This document shows, piece by piece, positions 37,881 to 46,648 of a DNA stretch of 53,817 nt. This DNA comes from Candidatus Heimdallarchaeota archaeon (lineage in GTDB: Archaea > Asgardarchaeota > Heimdallarchaeia > Heimdallarchaeales > Heimdallarchaeaceae), in assembly GCA_018238545.1 (NCBI GenBank), contig JABCTC010000023.1:1-53817 (forward strand), read 5' to 3'. The notes beneath the pieces were generated by a model, which worked only from the letters and a program-made list of their open reading frames with translations, had not been told where the DNA came from and searched no databases. The translations under genes and the position numbers were made by a program. Within the stretch, counting starts at the first letter, position 1. Each line of letters opens with the position of its first letter.

Positions 37881-39524
37881 ATGGCAGTAGAAACTGATAG
37901 TCCATTCGGTATAGTACGCTCACTAATCAAGAAATTTCTAGGAGATATGAGGATCGTTCGAAATTCATCAGAAGAGCAAACTAAGGCTAGAGCAGAAGAA
38001 ATAAAGAGTAACTCTCTTGCCCCCGGTAAAGCACAATACTCTGTTTCTGAAGTGGACAATATTATACGCAATTTCAAAAGTAGTTACGTAAATCTCTTTC
38101 GAGATATTCATCTTACTGTTGTAACTGAAAGTACATCAAAGATCAGACAAGGAATTGAGCAAGGTTTTGTCGATGCAGGTATGATAACAAAGGAAATGTT
38201 AGATGAGCTTGAAAAATTCAAAAAAGAAGCAAGCAAGATACCCGGATTAGAATCAAAAATCCAAGACGATTCTGTGAAAATTGATGAAATGAGTGACGCT
38301 TTAGGGAATTACAAAGCTGAAACCATTACTATACAGAATGAAATAACTGACCTTCAAACTGTTCTAATTAGCAAAGACCAACAGATAGATGAGTTATCTA
38401 AACGTGCAACCACAGTCGGTGTGGATCAAACAATCATTGAAAATAGAGATCAAGTAATTATGGAAAAAGACAGATTGGTTCATCAATTAAGTTTAGAGAA
38501 AAACAATCTCCAATCTGAGTTTAACAGACTTAAAATCGAACGTGATGCGATGGCTAAACACGTTGAAGAGATGGAAACTAAATTGCGATCTATGTCTTCA
38601 GAAGTGGCTACAAAAGAAGATAAACTATTCGATGATTTACAAAAACAATTGGATAAATCGCGTCAGACTAACTTTAATCTTAGAAATAAGATAGCTGAAC
38701 ATGAAGATACTATAAGAAATCAGAAAATTGACATTCAGCAAAAAGCTACACAAGTCGGATCTCTAAAACAGCAAATGGTCGCTATTCAAGAACAAGCAGA
38801 TGGGAAACAAGAGGAGAGCGATCAAATTGAAGCCTTAAGGAAACAGATACATGAAAGAGATTCAGATATGGAAAGACTAGCTGAAACTATGGTTGAGCTA
38901 CAACAAGACGTTAGCTCAAAAGAACAGGAAGCTCACACTCTTAAAACACAATCAGATGAACTCATGATGCAATTTTCAGAGAAAGAATCAGAAATGAACG
39001 ATATTCGTGAGATGGCTGAGAAGGCAACTATTGAAAAGGAGAGTTTAGAACAATCGTTGCTTGATAACGATGAAGTAATTCAAGATTTACGAGCAAAGTT
39101 TGATGAATCAAATAAAGAGCTAAATGCTACCAAGAACACTCTAGAAATCATGGAAAAGCAAGGTACAATGTCTTCTGAAGAGAAGTATCAATATGAGCTC
39201 AATGTTCAGAAACTACAAAAGAAAATAGATCAGACTAAAAAGACTCTAAAATCTGTTGAAGCATTTCTGAATACCGATCCAAAATATCGTGTCCTCTATC
39301 TATTAAATGACTTTCAAAGACCTTTAGTTCAGGAAGAACTAGCAAAAATCTTGAACATAAGTCATGAAATTGCTTCAAAATACATTTACGAACTTGATTA
39401 TTTTGGATACGTTAAGCAAAATATAGTTGATGGTAAGAATTTAATAGAATCTACCGCATTATTAACCCCTCCATTAACTCTTGAAGAACCTACAGAAAAA
39501 GAAGAAGAAGCTACAAAAGAATAA
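37881..39524 (+). CDS. Long coiled-coil protein with C-terminal winged helix
   Basis: About 350 aa of heptad-rich sequence, no Walker A; DPKYRVLYLL..EELAKILNI..IYELDYFGYV wHTH. Confidence 0.72.
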   Translation: MAVETDSPFGIVRSLIKKFLGDMRIVRNSSEEQTKARAEEIKSNSLAPGKAQYSVSEVDNIIRNFKSSYVNLFRDIHLTVVTESTSKIRQGIEQGFVDAGMITKEMLDELEKFKKEASKIPGLESKIQDDSVKIDEMSDALGNYKAETITIQNEITDLQTVLISKDQQIDELSKRATTVGVDQTIIENRDQVIMEKDRLVHQLSLEKNNLQSEFNRLKIERDAMAKHVEEMETKLRSMSSEVATKEDKLFDDLQKQLDKSRQTNFNLRNKIAEHEDTIRNQKIDIQQKATQVGSLKQQMVAIQEQADGKQEESDQIEALRKQIHERDSDMERLAETMVELQQDVSSKEQEAHTLKTQSDELMMQFSEKESEMNDIREMAEKATIEKESLEQSLLDNDEVIQDLRAKFDESNKELNATKNTLEIMEKQGTMSSEEKYQYELNVQKLQKKIDQTKKTLKSVEAFLNTDPKYRVLYLLNDFQRPLVQEELAKILNISHEIASKYIYELDYFGYVKQNIVDGKNLIESTALLTPPLTLEEPTEKEEEATKE

Positions 39525-39568
39525 AATTATATACCTTCTTTTTTCATTTATTTTAATGTGGGATTCTA

Positions 39569-40099
39569 ATGAATGATTCGAATAATGAAACTCAAGAAGA
39601 AAGGAAATTAATCGAAAAAATTATTGATAGGATTCAAAGCAGTCCTCATATTCAAGCATTAAAGGAGAGAATATTAGGAGAAAAAAACATTGCAATTATC
39701 GTAGATGGGCCGAATTTTCTCAGAAAAATTAAAGATAGACAAATTAAACTTGAGGAAATTGATGAGCTAGTCAAAGATTTGGGAAAACCTATCGTTAAGA
39801 AAGTAATTCTCAACGAATATGCAGGAGAAAAACTGATTAAAGCTATAGCTAATAGCGGATATGAGCCTATTGTTTCCCCCCACGACATTTATTTATCCAT
39901 GTCCATCGAAGTAATGGACGTATTAATGGAAAATCGAAAGATTGATTCCGTTATTATAGCATCTAGACATGCACGGACCGCACCTATACTGTTGAAAATA
40001 AAAGAAAAAGGGAAAGAAACTGCAATTGTTGGATTTGAACCTGGGATGAGTACCTGTGTAAAGAAAATTGCTGATCATTTTTTTATGATTACTTATTAG
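39569..40099 (+). CDS. NYN/LabA-DUF88 family protein, probably degenerate
   Basis: IIVDGPNFL, KEKGKET.IVG.EPG.S...K..AD.F. Confidence 0.78.
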   Translation: MNDSNNETQEERKLIEKIIDRIQSSPHIQALKERILGEKNIAIIVDGPNFLRKIKDRQIKLEEIDELVKDLGKPIVKKVILNEYAGEKLIKAIANSGYEPIVSPHDIYLSMSIEVMDVLMENRKIDSVIIASRHARTAPILLKIKEKGKETAIVGFEPGMSTCVKKIADHFFMITY

Positions 40100-41328
40100 A
40101 TTAAATCAATAATATTTTCAAGCATGACATGTGTTTCTTTTTGTTCGAAACGAGTTATCAGATGAGTATCTGCAGCTGTTTTTAGCTCTTCTCTTAAACG
40201 ATAATGAGCTTTCCTGCTGACGGTTTTCTTGAGCAAATACCGTTTCTCTTGCAACTGTTTAAGATGGTGAGATGCGGATGTTTTTTGGATACCTAAATTG
40301 TTTACAATATCATCGTAAGTAATTCCATGATCATAGGCAATAGATTTCATAGATATGAGTGCTAAAATGAATGTTTGAGTATTATCGTTTAGAGTAACTA
40401 GGTCGTAAAAATTTTTGTTCAAATTAATGCCTAGAAATGAAACAACATCATTAACGAGTGATTTTGAAGCAATATCTATGCCATTATAATAACAATCCTC
40501 ACATACTCTAGAACAGATTTTAATGGCGTTTAATAAGCTTCCACTTGCATTATTGGCTATATCAGTAAGAATCTCTATAGAGAATGGTTGTTGTATCTGT
40601 TTATTCTTGGACAATTTTAAAACAAGAATCTCAAGTATCTCTTCTTCTGTCAATGAGTTGATTCTTTCACTAGGTACTATGTGATTAATTAAATCATAAT
40701 TAGAATAAGCCAAACTATTTTTTAGCCGTGTCCATCCTGAATGGGAAAAAACAAATACAATTGACTTATTCTGGAAATCCCTTTCCATTGCATAACGAAA
40801 ATCTTCAAAAAATTCAACTAAATAATCCGCGTGGTCAATAATAATAAGCGATAAAGATTCTCCGCCAAAATCAGATTCACCAAGAATATTTCTAATATTT
40901 TGTATAGATTTAGCAATAGAATATTGTTGATCTGCAAATTCAACTAACTCTTTTGCATCGATAAAAGCTGTGTTTTGAAGTTTTTTGGATGTCTTAATAA
41001 TGTACCTGTGAGCAAGAGAAACTAAAGTGCTTATACCCGATTGACTGGAACCAAATAAAACCCCATCCATTATTATTCCCTCTCCGTTTATCTGTTTTTT
41101 TTCTAAACTCTGTGTGAAACTATTGTGGACTTTGTTGATGTATCGAATTACTTGTTTGAAGCGTGGTTCAATGAAACTTTCAGATTCTAGGTCTACTAGG
41201 GTTATATCTAGAAATGGATTAGCTTTAAATCCAAAAGAAACAAACGGATTTTGAGGTGTATATGAAATGCTGTCACTTTCTTTGATTGCTTCTCGTGCCA
41301 GTCTTTCAAATTTATCCATTATTACCAC
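40096..41328 (-). CDS. AAA+ (Cdc6/Orc1-like) ATPase fold plus C-terminal wHTH; degenerate Walker A
   Basis: FGFKANPF, GSSQSGIST, LIIIDHAD, ASGSLLNAI, ITYDDIV..LGIQKTSASHHLKQL. Confidence 0.7.
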   Translation of the reverse strand: MVIMDKFERLAREAIKESDSISYTPQNPFVSFGFKANPFLDITLVDLESESFIEPRFKQVIRYINKVHNSFTQSLEKKQINGEGIIMDGVLFGSSQSGISTLVSLAHRYIIKTSKKLQNTAFIDAKELVEFADQQYSIAKSIQNIRNILGESDFGGESLSLIIIDHADYLVEFFEDFRYAMERDFQNKSIVFVFSHSGWTRLKNSLAYSNYDLINHIVPSERINSLTEEEILEILVLKLSKNKQIQQPFSIEILTDIANNASGSLLNAIKICSRVCEDCYYNGIDIASKSLVNDVVSFLGINLNKNFYDLVTLNDNTQTFILALISMKSIAYDHGITYDDIVNNLGIQKTSASHHLKQLQEKRYLLKKTVSRKAHYRLREELKTAADTHLITRFEQKETHVMLENIIDLI

Positions 41329-41350
41329 AACAAGTATTATCTAGACAACA

Positions 41351-41417
41351 TCTGAACTGTTCGAATATTTGAACTTTTCGTATTATTCGAATTATTCGAA
41401 TTGTCAAACTTTCCGAC
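41351..41417. repeat. Tandem array of about 8 degenerate TTCGAA motifs, 8-9 bp period
   Basis: Units start at 41351, 41360, 41368, 41377, 41386, 41395, 41403, 41412, in a divergent intergenic region. Confidence 0.65.
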
Positions 41418-41447
41418 AATAATAATTGATAATGATAGAATTAAATT

Positions 41448-44400
41448 GTGAACAAGAAATATAAGGGTCTGACTGGACAAAGAAAAAGGCTTATAGATGT
41501 CTGTAAGTTCCTTCGGATAATGAATGACAGTTCACCGAAAAGAGCTCACCATAATCTTCTCTCTCAAAATCTTTTCATAATGACTCGAACATATTTCAGT
41601 TTCATCGCTTCTTCTTCAAAGAAGGAGGAAGAAGATCAGGTCAATATTTTCTGGAAAATTCTAAGCTTCGTTGTTCTCCCAATAACAATTTTCCTTCTTC
41701 CACTCTTTGATATCATTTTATTGATTTTCCTTCCTGGTTTGCATCTATTCAAGCCCTTATTTAAAGCAGGTTGGAAATACGGTTTTATTTCAGCAATTGG
41801 TGTTACTTTAGCTGTGGCTGTCATTACTCAATATGTGTTCTTCATTTATTCTTATCAATTTCAAGCTTTCAACTTATTTCTCGCAGACGAACCAAGAACA
41901 TACATTCAAGTGCAAGTTGAATCAACATACATACAACAAAGTTTCAATCAATACAATAGTTTTGATAGAATTGCTAATATTGCATTAAATTACATCAATA
42001 TGTCAGATCGTATTCTGCAGAGAGATTTGTTCTTCAAGAGAGGTATGTTCACGCAAACCTTTGATCCGATTACGAATGAAACGATTTTGCCAAATATACC
42101 TTTGATTGGTACGGAAGGCAAATTAAGGACTTATCTCTCAAATAATATTGCTATAGGTAGAGCTCCTGAAAATCCTTATGAGATTTTAGCAGTTGTTTCT
42201 TACGATTATTATAATCATTCTTCTATCCGTGTAAATAGTTCAATGAATTTATACATCCCAATTTCACTTACAAAAGATGCTTCTCTACATGTTCCTGATG
42301 CTTATACCACTGTAAATGTTTCTGGTATAGTTTTCTTAGATGAGCTATCAGATTATAACGTTCTTGGATCTAATATTGGAATCCCCTTGGAATACATTTT
42401 AGAACTAAATGAACGGGCGGCTGCAGTAACATGGTGGATAGGGGGAGCTAAAATTCTCCAATCAGTTGTAATGACTTATGGTCTAGCTACAATGAACGAG
42501 GACTTGTTTTATGATGTTAATGCAATTGATGCTTTTCATTTAGAGGATGAAATAAATACTATAAAATTAATTGGTGTGGAGCTAAAAGAATGGTATTTAC
42601 TACTTGCAGCCTACTCACAAGTTAGAATTAATTCTTTCTTAATTGATTTGTTGGAAAGCTTCCAAGATGAGTACAATCTGTATCAAACATTTATGTATTC
42701 TTTCTTATCACCGATTATTGCTCTAACTATCATTCTTACTGTTTATGCAGCTAATTTAGTAAGGAAGAAACGTGATCAACAGCTTACAATTCTTACAGAA
42801 AGAGGGGCTAAACGGAGTGAAATAGGTTCATATTTAACTTTGGAATCATTAATAATTGGAGGGGTATCTTTAGTATTTGGTGTTATAGTGGGTCTTCCCA
42901 TTTCTGCTCTTCTTACAAGAAGCTCAGGCTTTTTATCATTTTCAAACACAACTATTCCACTTCAAATTGACTTATCTTCAGTATATGTAGCTCTTATGGG
43001 TAGTGCAGGAGCGATATTATTAATTCAAATTGTAAACACGATTACACTTCTAAAAAAGAGAAGTATTGAAGATTATGGGAAAGTTGAGAAATCTCTTCCT
43101 AAATATTACAAATATTTTGTAGATATTATATTGATTGTATTTGGCGTTGTGTTATGGATTATTTACAAAATGCCAAGTTTAACAGCTTATCAAGATTTGA
43201 CTGCTAGATATGTAGGAATACCTGCAACAATTCTAGTAATGTTTGGCTCAATACTCTTCATGCAACGATTACTTCCCTTATTCTCTAAAGCAATTGTAAA
43301 AATAAGTACCACATTAAAAGCCGACATCGTCTCCTTAAGTGTAAGAGAAATCTCACGATACCAGAAAAGTTTTGTTAGATCGTCGATGATTTTGACTCTG
43401 TCTTTCTCCCTAGTAGTTAGTTCTATTGTTATCCCATATACCTATCAAACTTACAACACAGAAGGAGCATACTATGATTTAGGTGCAGATATAGTTATCC
43501 GCGGATTTCCTATTGATAATACATATCTGAAAACTGAAGTTGATGCTCTTCCTGAAGTTGAATCATCAACTATTGTGCGATTTGTTAATCTTAGAGATGT
43601 TCAAGGTGATCTTTCTATAACGTATTCTGTCCTAACGATAAATGTAACGGAATATGAACAAACAGCATACTTCAGAAAAGATTTTGCTAGTAAGCCTTTA
43701 ACAGATTTGATTACTCAATTGGATAACCCTCTCAAGGTTCTTGTGCAAAAGGATGAACTTGGGGTGTTAAATCAAAATATTGGAGATGAAATTAGTATCA
43801 CATATAGGGCTTATAATGAGAGTATGCGAGAAATAATCGGTTCTCCCTTTTTCTATGAGAATATGTCTGTTTCAGTTGTAGATGAATATAATTATTGGCC
43901 AGTACTTGTTAAAGAATTAAGTTTGGGTAATGTCAGGTCAATCTTCTATCATTTTGTTGCAAGTATCGAGTTTATGGATTATATTCAGATAGCTCCATTT
44001 GACGCGATTGATTATCTGTTCATTAAAGGTAATTCAAGTTATGAACTTGCTGACGTTACTGAAAGAGTTCTTTCACTTACTGGTGGAATTGTAACAAATG
44101 TAGAAGATGAAATATTTGTCAAAGAAGATAGTCCTCGTTCTTCTATTCTCTTTTCAGCAATCAATTCTACATTAATCATGTCATTTGCAATAAATGCCAT
44201 CATTCTTACTTTGTTTGCATCTATTCAATTAATTGACAAAGCTAGAGAAATAGCAACGATGAAAGCTATTGGTATTTCCACAAATCAGCTGCTCAAATAC
44301 TACCTGGCAGTATATCTTGCTCTTCTATTATTTACTACAATTTGTGGTTTAATAGTAGGTTATATAACATCAGCAATGCTCATGGGGGTATTAGCGACCA

Positions 44401-44555
44401 ATCGAACAGTACCTCCATATGCGATGGGATTCCCAATTGTACAGCTCTTGATATCAATGAGTGCCCTACTACTTGCCGCATTTATTGGGGCTACTGTTCC
44501 AACATTTAGTTCTTCCAAGGAGGAAATTGGAACGGAGTTGAGGCAATCAGCATAG
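41448..44555 (+). CDS. ABC transporter permease, FtsX/MacB family (duplicated)
   Basis: ERGAKRSEI..LESL, GADIV, REIATMKAIG; two FtsX modules. Start is uncertain (41520 or 41580 also possible). Confidence 0.88.
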   Translation: MNKKYKGLTGQRKRLIDVCKFLRIMNDSSPKRAHHNLLSQNLFIMTRTYFSFIASSSKKEEEDQVNIFWKILSFVVLPITIFLLPLFDIILLIFLPGLHLFKPLFKAGWKYGFISAIGVTLAVAVITQYVFFIYSYQFQAFNLFLADEPRTYIQVQVESTYIQQSFNQYNSFDRIANIALNYINMSDRILQRDLFFKRGMFTQTFDPITNETILPNIPLIGTEGKLRTYLSNNIAIGRAPENPYEILAVVSYDYYNHSSIRVNSSMNLYIPISLTKDASLHVPDAYTTVNVSGIVFLDELSDYNVLGSNIGIPLEYILELNERAAAVTWWIGGAKILQSVVMTYGLATMNEDLFYDVNAIDAFHLEDEINTIKLIGVELKEWYLLLAAYSQVRINSFLIDLLESFQDEYNLYQTFMYSFLSPIIALTIILTVYAANLVRKKRDQQLTILTERGAKRSEIGSYLTLESLIIGGVSLVFGVIVGLPISALLTRSSGFLSFSNTTIPLQIDLSSVYVALMGSAGAILLIQIVNTITLLKKRSIEDYGKVEKSLPKYYKYFVDIILIVFGVVLWIIYKMPSLTAYQDLTARYVGIPATILVMFGSILFMQRLLPLFSKAIVKISTTLKADIVSLSVREISRYQKSFVRSSMILTLSFSLVVSSIVIPYTYQTYNTEGAYYDLGADIVIRGFPIDNTYLKTEVDALPEVESSTIVRFVNLRDVQGDLSITYSVLTINVTEYEQTAYFRKDFASKPLTDLITQLDNPLKVLVQKDELGVLNQNIGDEISITYRAYNESMREIIGSPFFYENMSVSVVDEYNYWPVLVKELSLGNVRSIFYHFVASIEFMDYIQIAPFDAIDYLFIKGNSSYELADVTERVLSLTGGIVTNVEDEIFVKEDSPRSSILFSAINSTLIMSFAINAIILTLFASIQLIDKAREIATMKAIGISTNQLLKYYLAVYLALLLFTTICGLIVGYITSAMLMGVLATNRTVPPYAMGFPIVQLLISMSALLLAAFIGATVPTFSSSKEEIGTELRQSA

Positions 44556-44563
44556 GTGATAAT

Positions 44564-45445
44564 ATGTCGTTCATAGAAATACGAGACTTAATTAAGATTT
44601 ACAATCCCAAGGAATCAAATCTGAGAGTTCCAGCTTTAAGAGGAGTAGAACTTAATATTGAACAAGGTGAATTTATCTCCATAATAGGCCCTAGCGGAAG
44701 TGGCAAAACAACACTTCTGTTGATGTTAGCAGGTATGGCAGAACCTTCTGCGGGATATTTAAGAGTAGGTGATTTTAGATTAGATCAATATACTGAGGCT
44801 GACAGAAGTCATTACAGACGATTCAACGTTGGAACTTTGTGGCAAATACCTAATAGAAACCTAATTTGGGAAATTTCTGCTCTAGAGAATGTTGAAATTC
44901 CACTACGTCTACTAGGAACCCCAAGAGAACAGAGAATAAAGGAAGCCAAAGAGATGCTTGCTGAGGTTGGCATGGATCATAGAATGAACCATAAACCAAA
45001 ACAGCTTTCCGGTGGTGAAGTCCAAAGAGTGGGTCTTGCCTGTGCATTAGCACACAAACCTTTACTGCTTCTAGCTGATGAGCCTACAGGTGAGTTAGAC
45101 TCAAAAACAGCTGGAGAGTTACTTCGCTATTTTAAGCATCTTAATGATATAAGAGGAATCACTGCTATAATGGTTACGCATGATTTTGATGTAGCTAAGG
45201 CGACTGATAGGTTGATTCAGATTGTCGATGGGCGGATATCCGGATACTCTCCTACAGCTGATCTAAAAACTATTAGCGACATGCATCAAGTATACCTTGA
45301 CCGTTATGGGGGGCTTCAGCTTCCAAGGCACATAATTGATAAATTAGAAGTCCAACAAAAAATCTCTATCACAGAAGAGAATGGAAAGATAATTCTATCG
45401 CAAAATGGTGATTTTGTTGCATCAAAAAAAGTGAAAAAAGATTAG
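44564..45445 (+). CDS. ABC transporter ATP-binding protein (LolD/MacB-like) with C-terminal AbrB-like tail
   Basis: GPSGSGKTT, LSGGE, LLLADEPTG, VTHD; LDRYGGLQLP tail. Confidence 0.93.
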   Translation: MSFIEIRDLIKIYNPKESNLRVPALRGVELNIEQGEFISIIGPSGSGKTTLLLMLAGMAEPSAGYLRVGDFRLDQYTEADRSHYRRFNVGTLWQIPNRNLIWEISALENVEIPLRLLGTPREQRIKEAKEMLAEVGMDHRMNHKPKQLSGGEVQRVGLACALAHKPLLLLADEPTGELDSKTAGELLRYFKHLNDIRGITAIMVTHDFDVAKATDRLIQIVDGRISGYSPTADLKTISDMHQVYLDRYGGLQLPRHIIDKLEVQQKISITEENGKIILSQNGDFVASKKVKKD

Positions 45446-45508
45446 TCTCTACAATTATAGAAATCGAAATATATAACAACATGATTGAAATACAGAGTTT
45501 AGATTGAA

Positions 45509-45808
45509 GTGAAAAAACCAACTGGAGACAGAAAGCCTATAGAAGTGGAGAGATTCCCTAAAACGAAACAAAACCCCGATAAATTATTCAACTTAATCAT
45601 TTTAAAAATGATGGCTGCACTAGCTTTTAGTGTAGCACTACTAGTTGGAGGAGCAACTTTGCTTGTCTATTCATTGAATCCTTATGCTGCTGTAATTTTA
45701 GGTTTTGAGGAAGAAATTATATCTGTGTGGTCTTTTTTAGGTATACATATGACTCTACTAATGTTTTACTACGCCATTGCCCTTTTCAAATACATTGTCA
45801 GTGATTAA
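45509..45808 (+). CDS. Small two-TM membrane protein
   Basis: Two hydrophobic helices; co-oriented with neighbours. Confidence 0.6.
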   Translation: MKKPTGDRKPIEVERFPKTKQNPDKLFNLIILKMMAALAFSVALLVGGATLLVYSLNPYAAVILGFEEEIISVWSFLGIHMTLLMFYYAIALFKYIVSD

Positions 45809-45810
45809 TA

Positions 45811-46575
45811 ATGAAACTACAACTGGAGAAACTTAAGTTAAGAAAAAAGGATAAAAAGAAAATAGATTATTTTAGTTTATCAAATAAAGAAAAAATCAAA
45901 TTAATTGCAATTTTCTGCTTAAAGTGGGGATTAATTATCTTAATTCCAAGTTTTCTAGTTTGGGTTCTTCTACTTGTATTTACACCATATTTAGGCTCAT
46001 TTTTCTTCGAATATATATTGCAAATTATCCCTGCTGTTTTGTTGATATTAGGGGGTTGCATGGGTGGGTTAAGTAGATATAATATTCCACCGAAAATGAG
46101 AATAGTAGAGCCAGATGATCAAGCCGTAACACCTGCTAATTTTCAAATAAGGGTAAAATACGATCCAACAGATATAGACCCCACCTCAATAAGAATTGTA
46201 ATAAATGAGAAGGAACTTCAGGGAAAACTTGATGATACTGCTAATCAGCTCATCGTCCCCAAAATTTTCAAGTCTCCTCCTAAAAAAGCTGTTACAATGC
46301 TTTTAGAAGTTTCAGCAATTAGGAAAAATGGTAAGGAAGTTACTGATAAAATACGCGTTATTTGTGACCCAGAATCTGATGAAGAAGATTATATCGAATA
46401 TTGGGAATTCAAGAGAGAAGATAATACTTATTGGGGTAAAGAAATGAAAGCAGCAACTAGCCATGCAAGAAGAAGCTTTGTTTCATTACAATTATTAACT
46501 CTTGCAATAGTCCTTTTAGCAATTAATGCATTAGTTACTCAAATTATCTTTCTGATAACAGGGACTCCTTTTTAA
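45811..46575 (+). CDS. Membrane protein with internal beta-rich (Ig-like) domain
   Basis: Two N-terminal TM helices, PP.MRIVEP..IDPTSIRI.IN beta segment, C-terminal TM helix. Confidence 0.62.
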   Translation: MKLQLEKLKLRKKDKKKIDYFSLSNKEKIKLIAIFCLKWGLIILIPSFLVWVLLLVFTPYLGSFFFEYILQIIPAVLLILGGCMGGLSRYNIPPKMRIVEPDDQAVTPANFQIRVKYDPTDIDPTSIRIVINEKELQGKLDDTANQLIVPKIFKSPPKKAVTMLLEVSAIRKNGKEVTDKIRVICDPESDEEDYIEYWEFKREDNTYWGKEMKAATSHARRSFVSLQLLTLAIVLLAINALVTQIIFLITGTPF

Positions 46576-46648
46576 TAGTTTCATGTATTGCTAGTTTGTC
46601 AACATTTTTATTAGTACATAATCTAAATATTCTAAGAACGAGGTCTAG

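Noticed and set aside
37881-39524. SMC/Rad50 ATPase
   Set aside because: No Walker A/B, signature motif, hinge or zinc hook.
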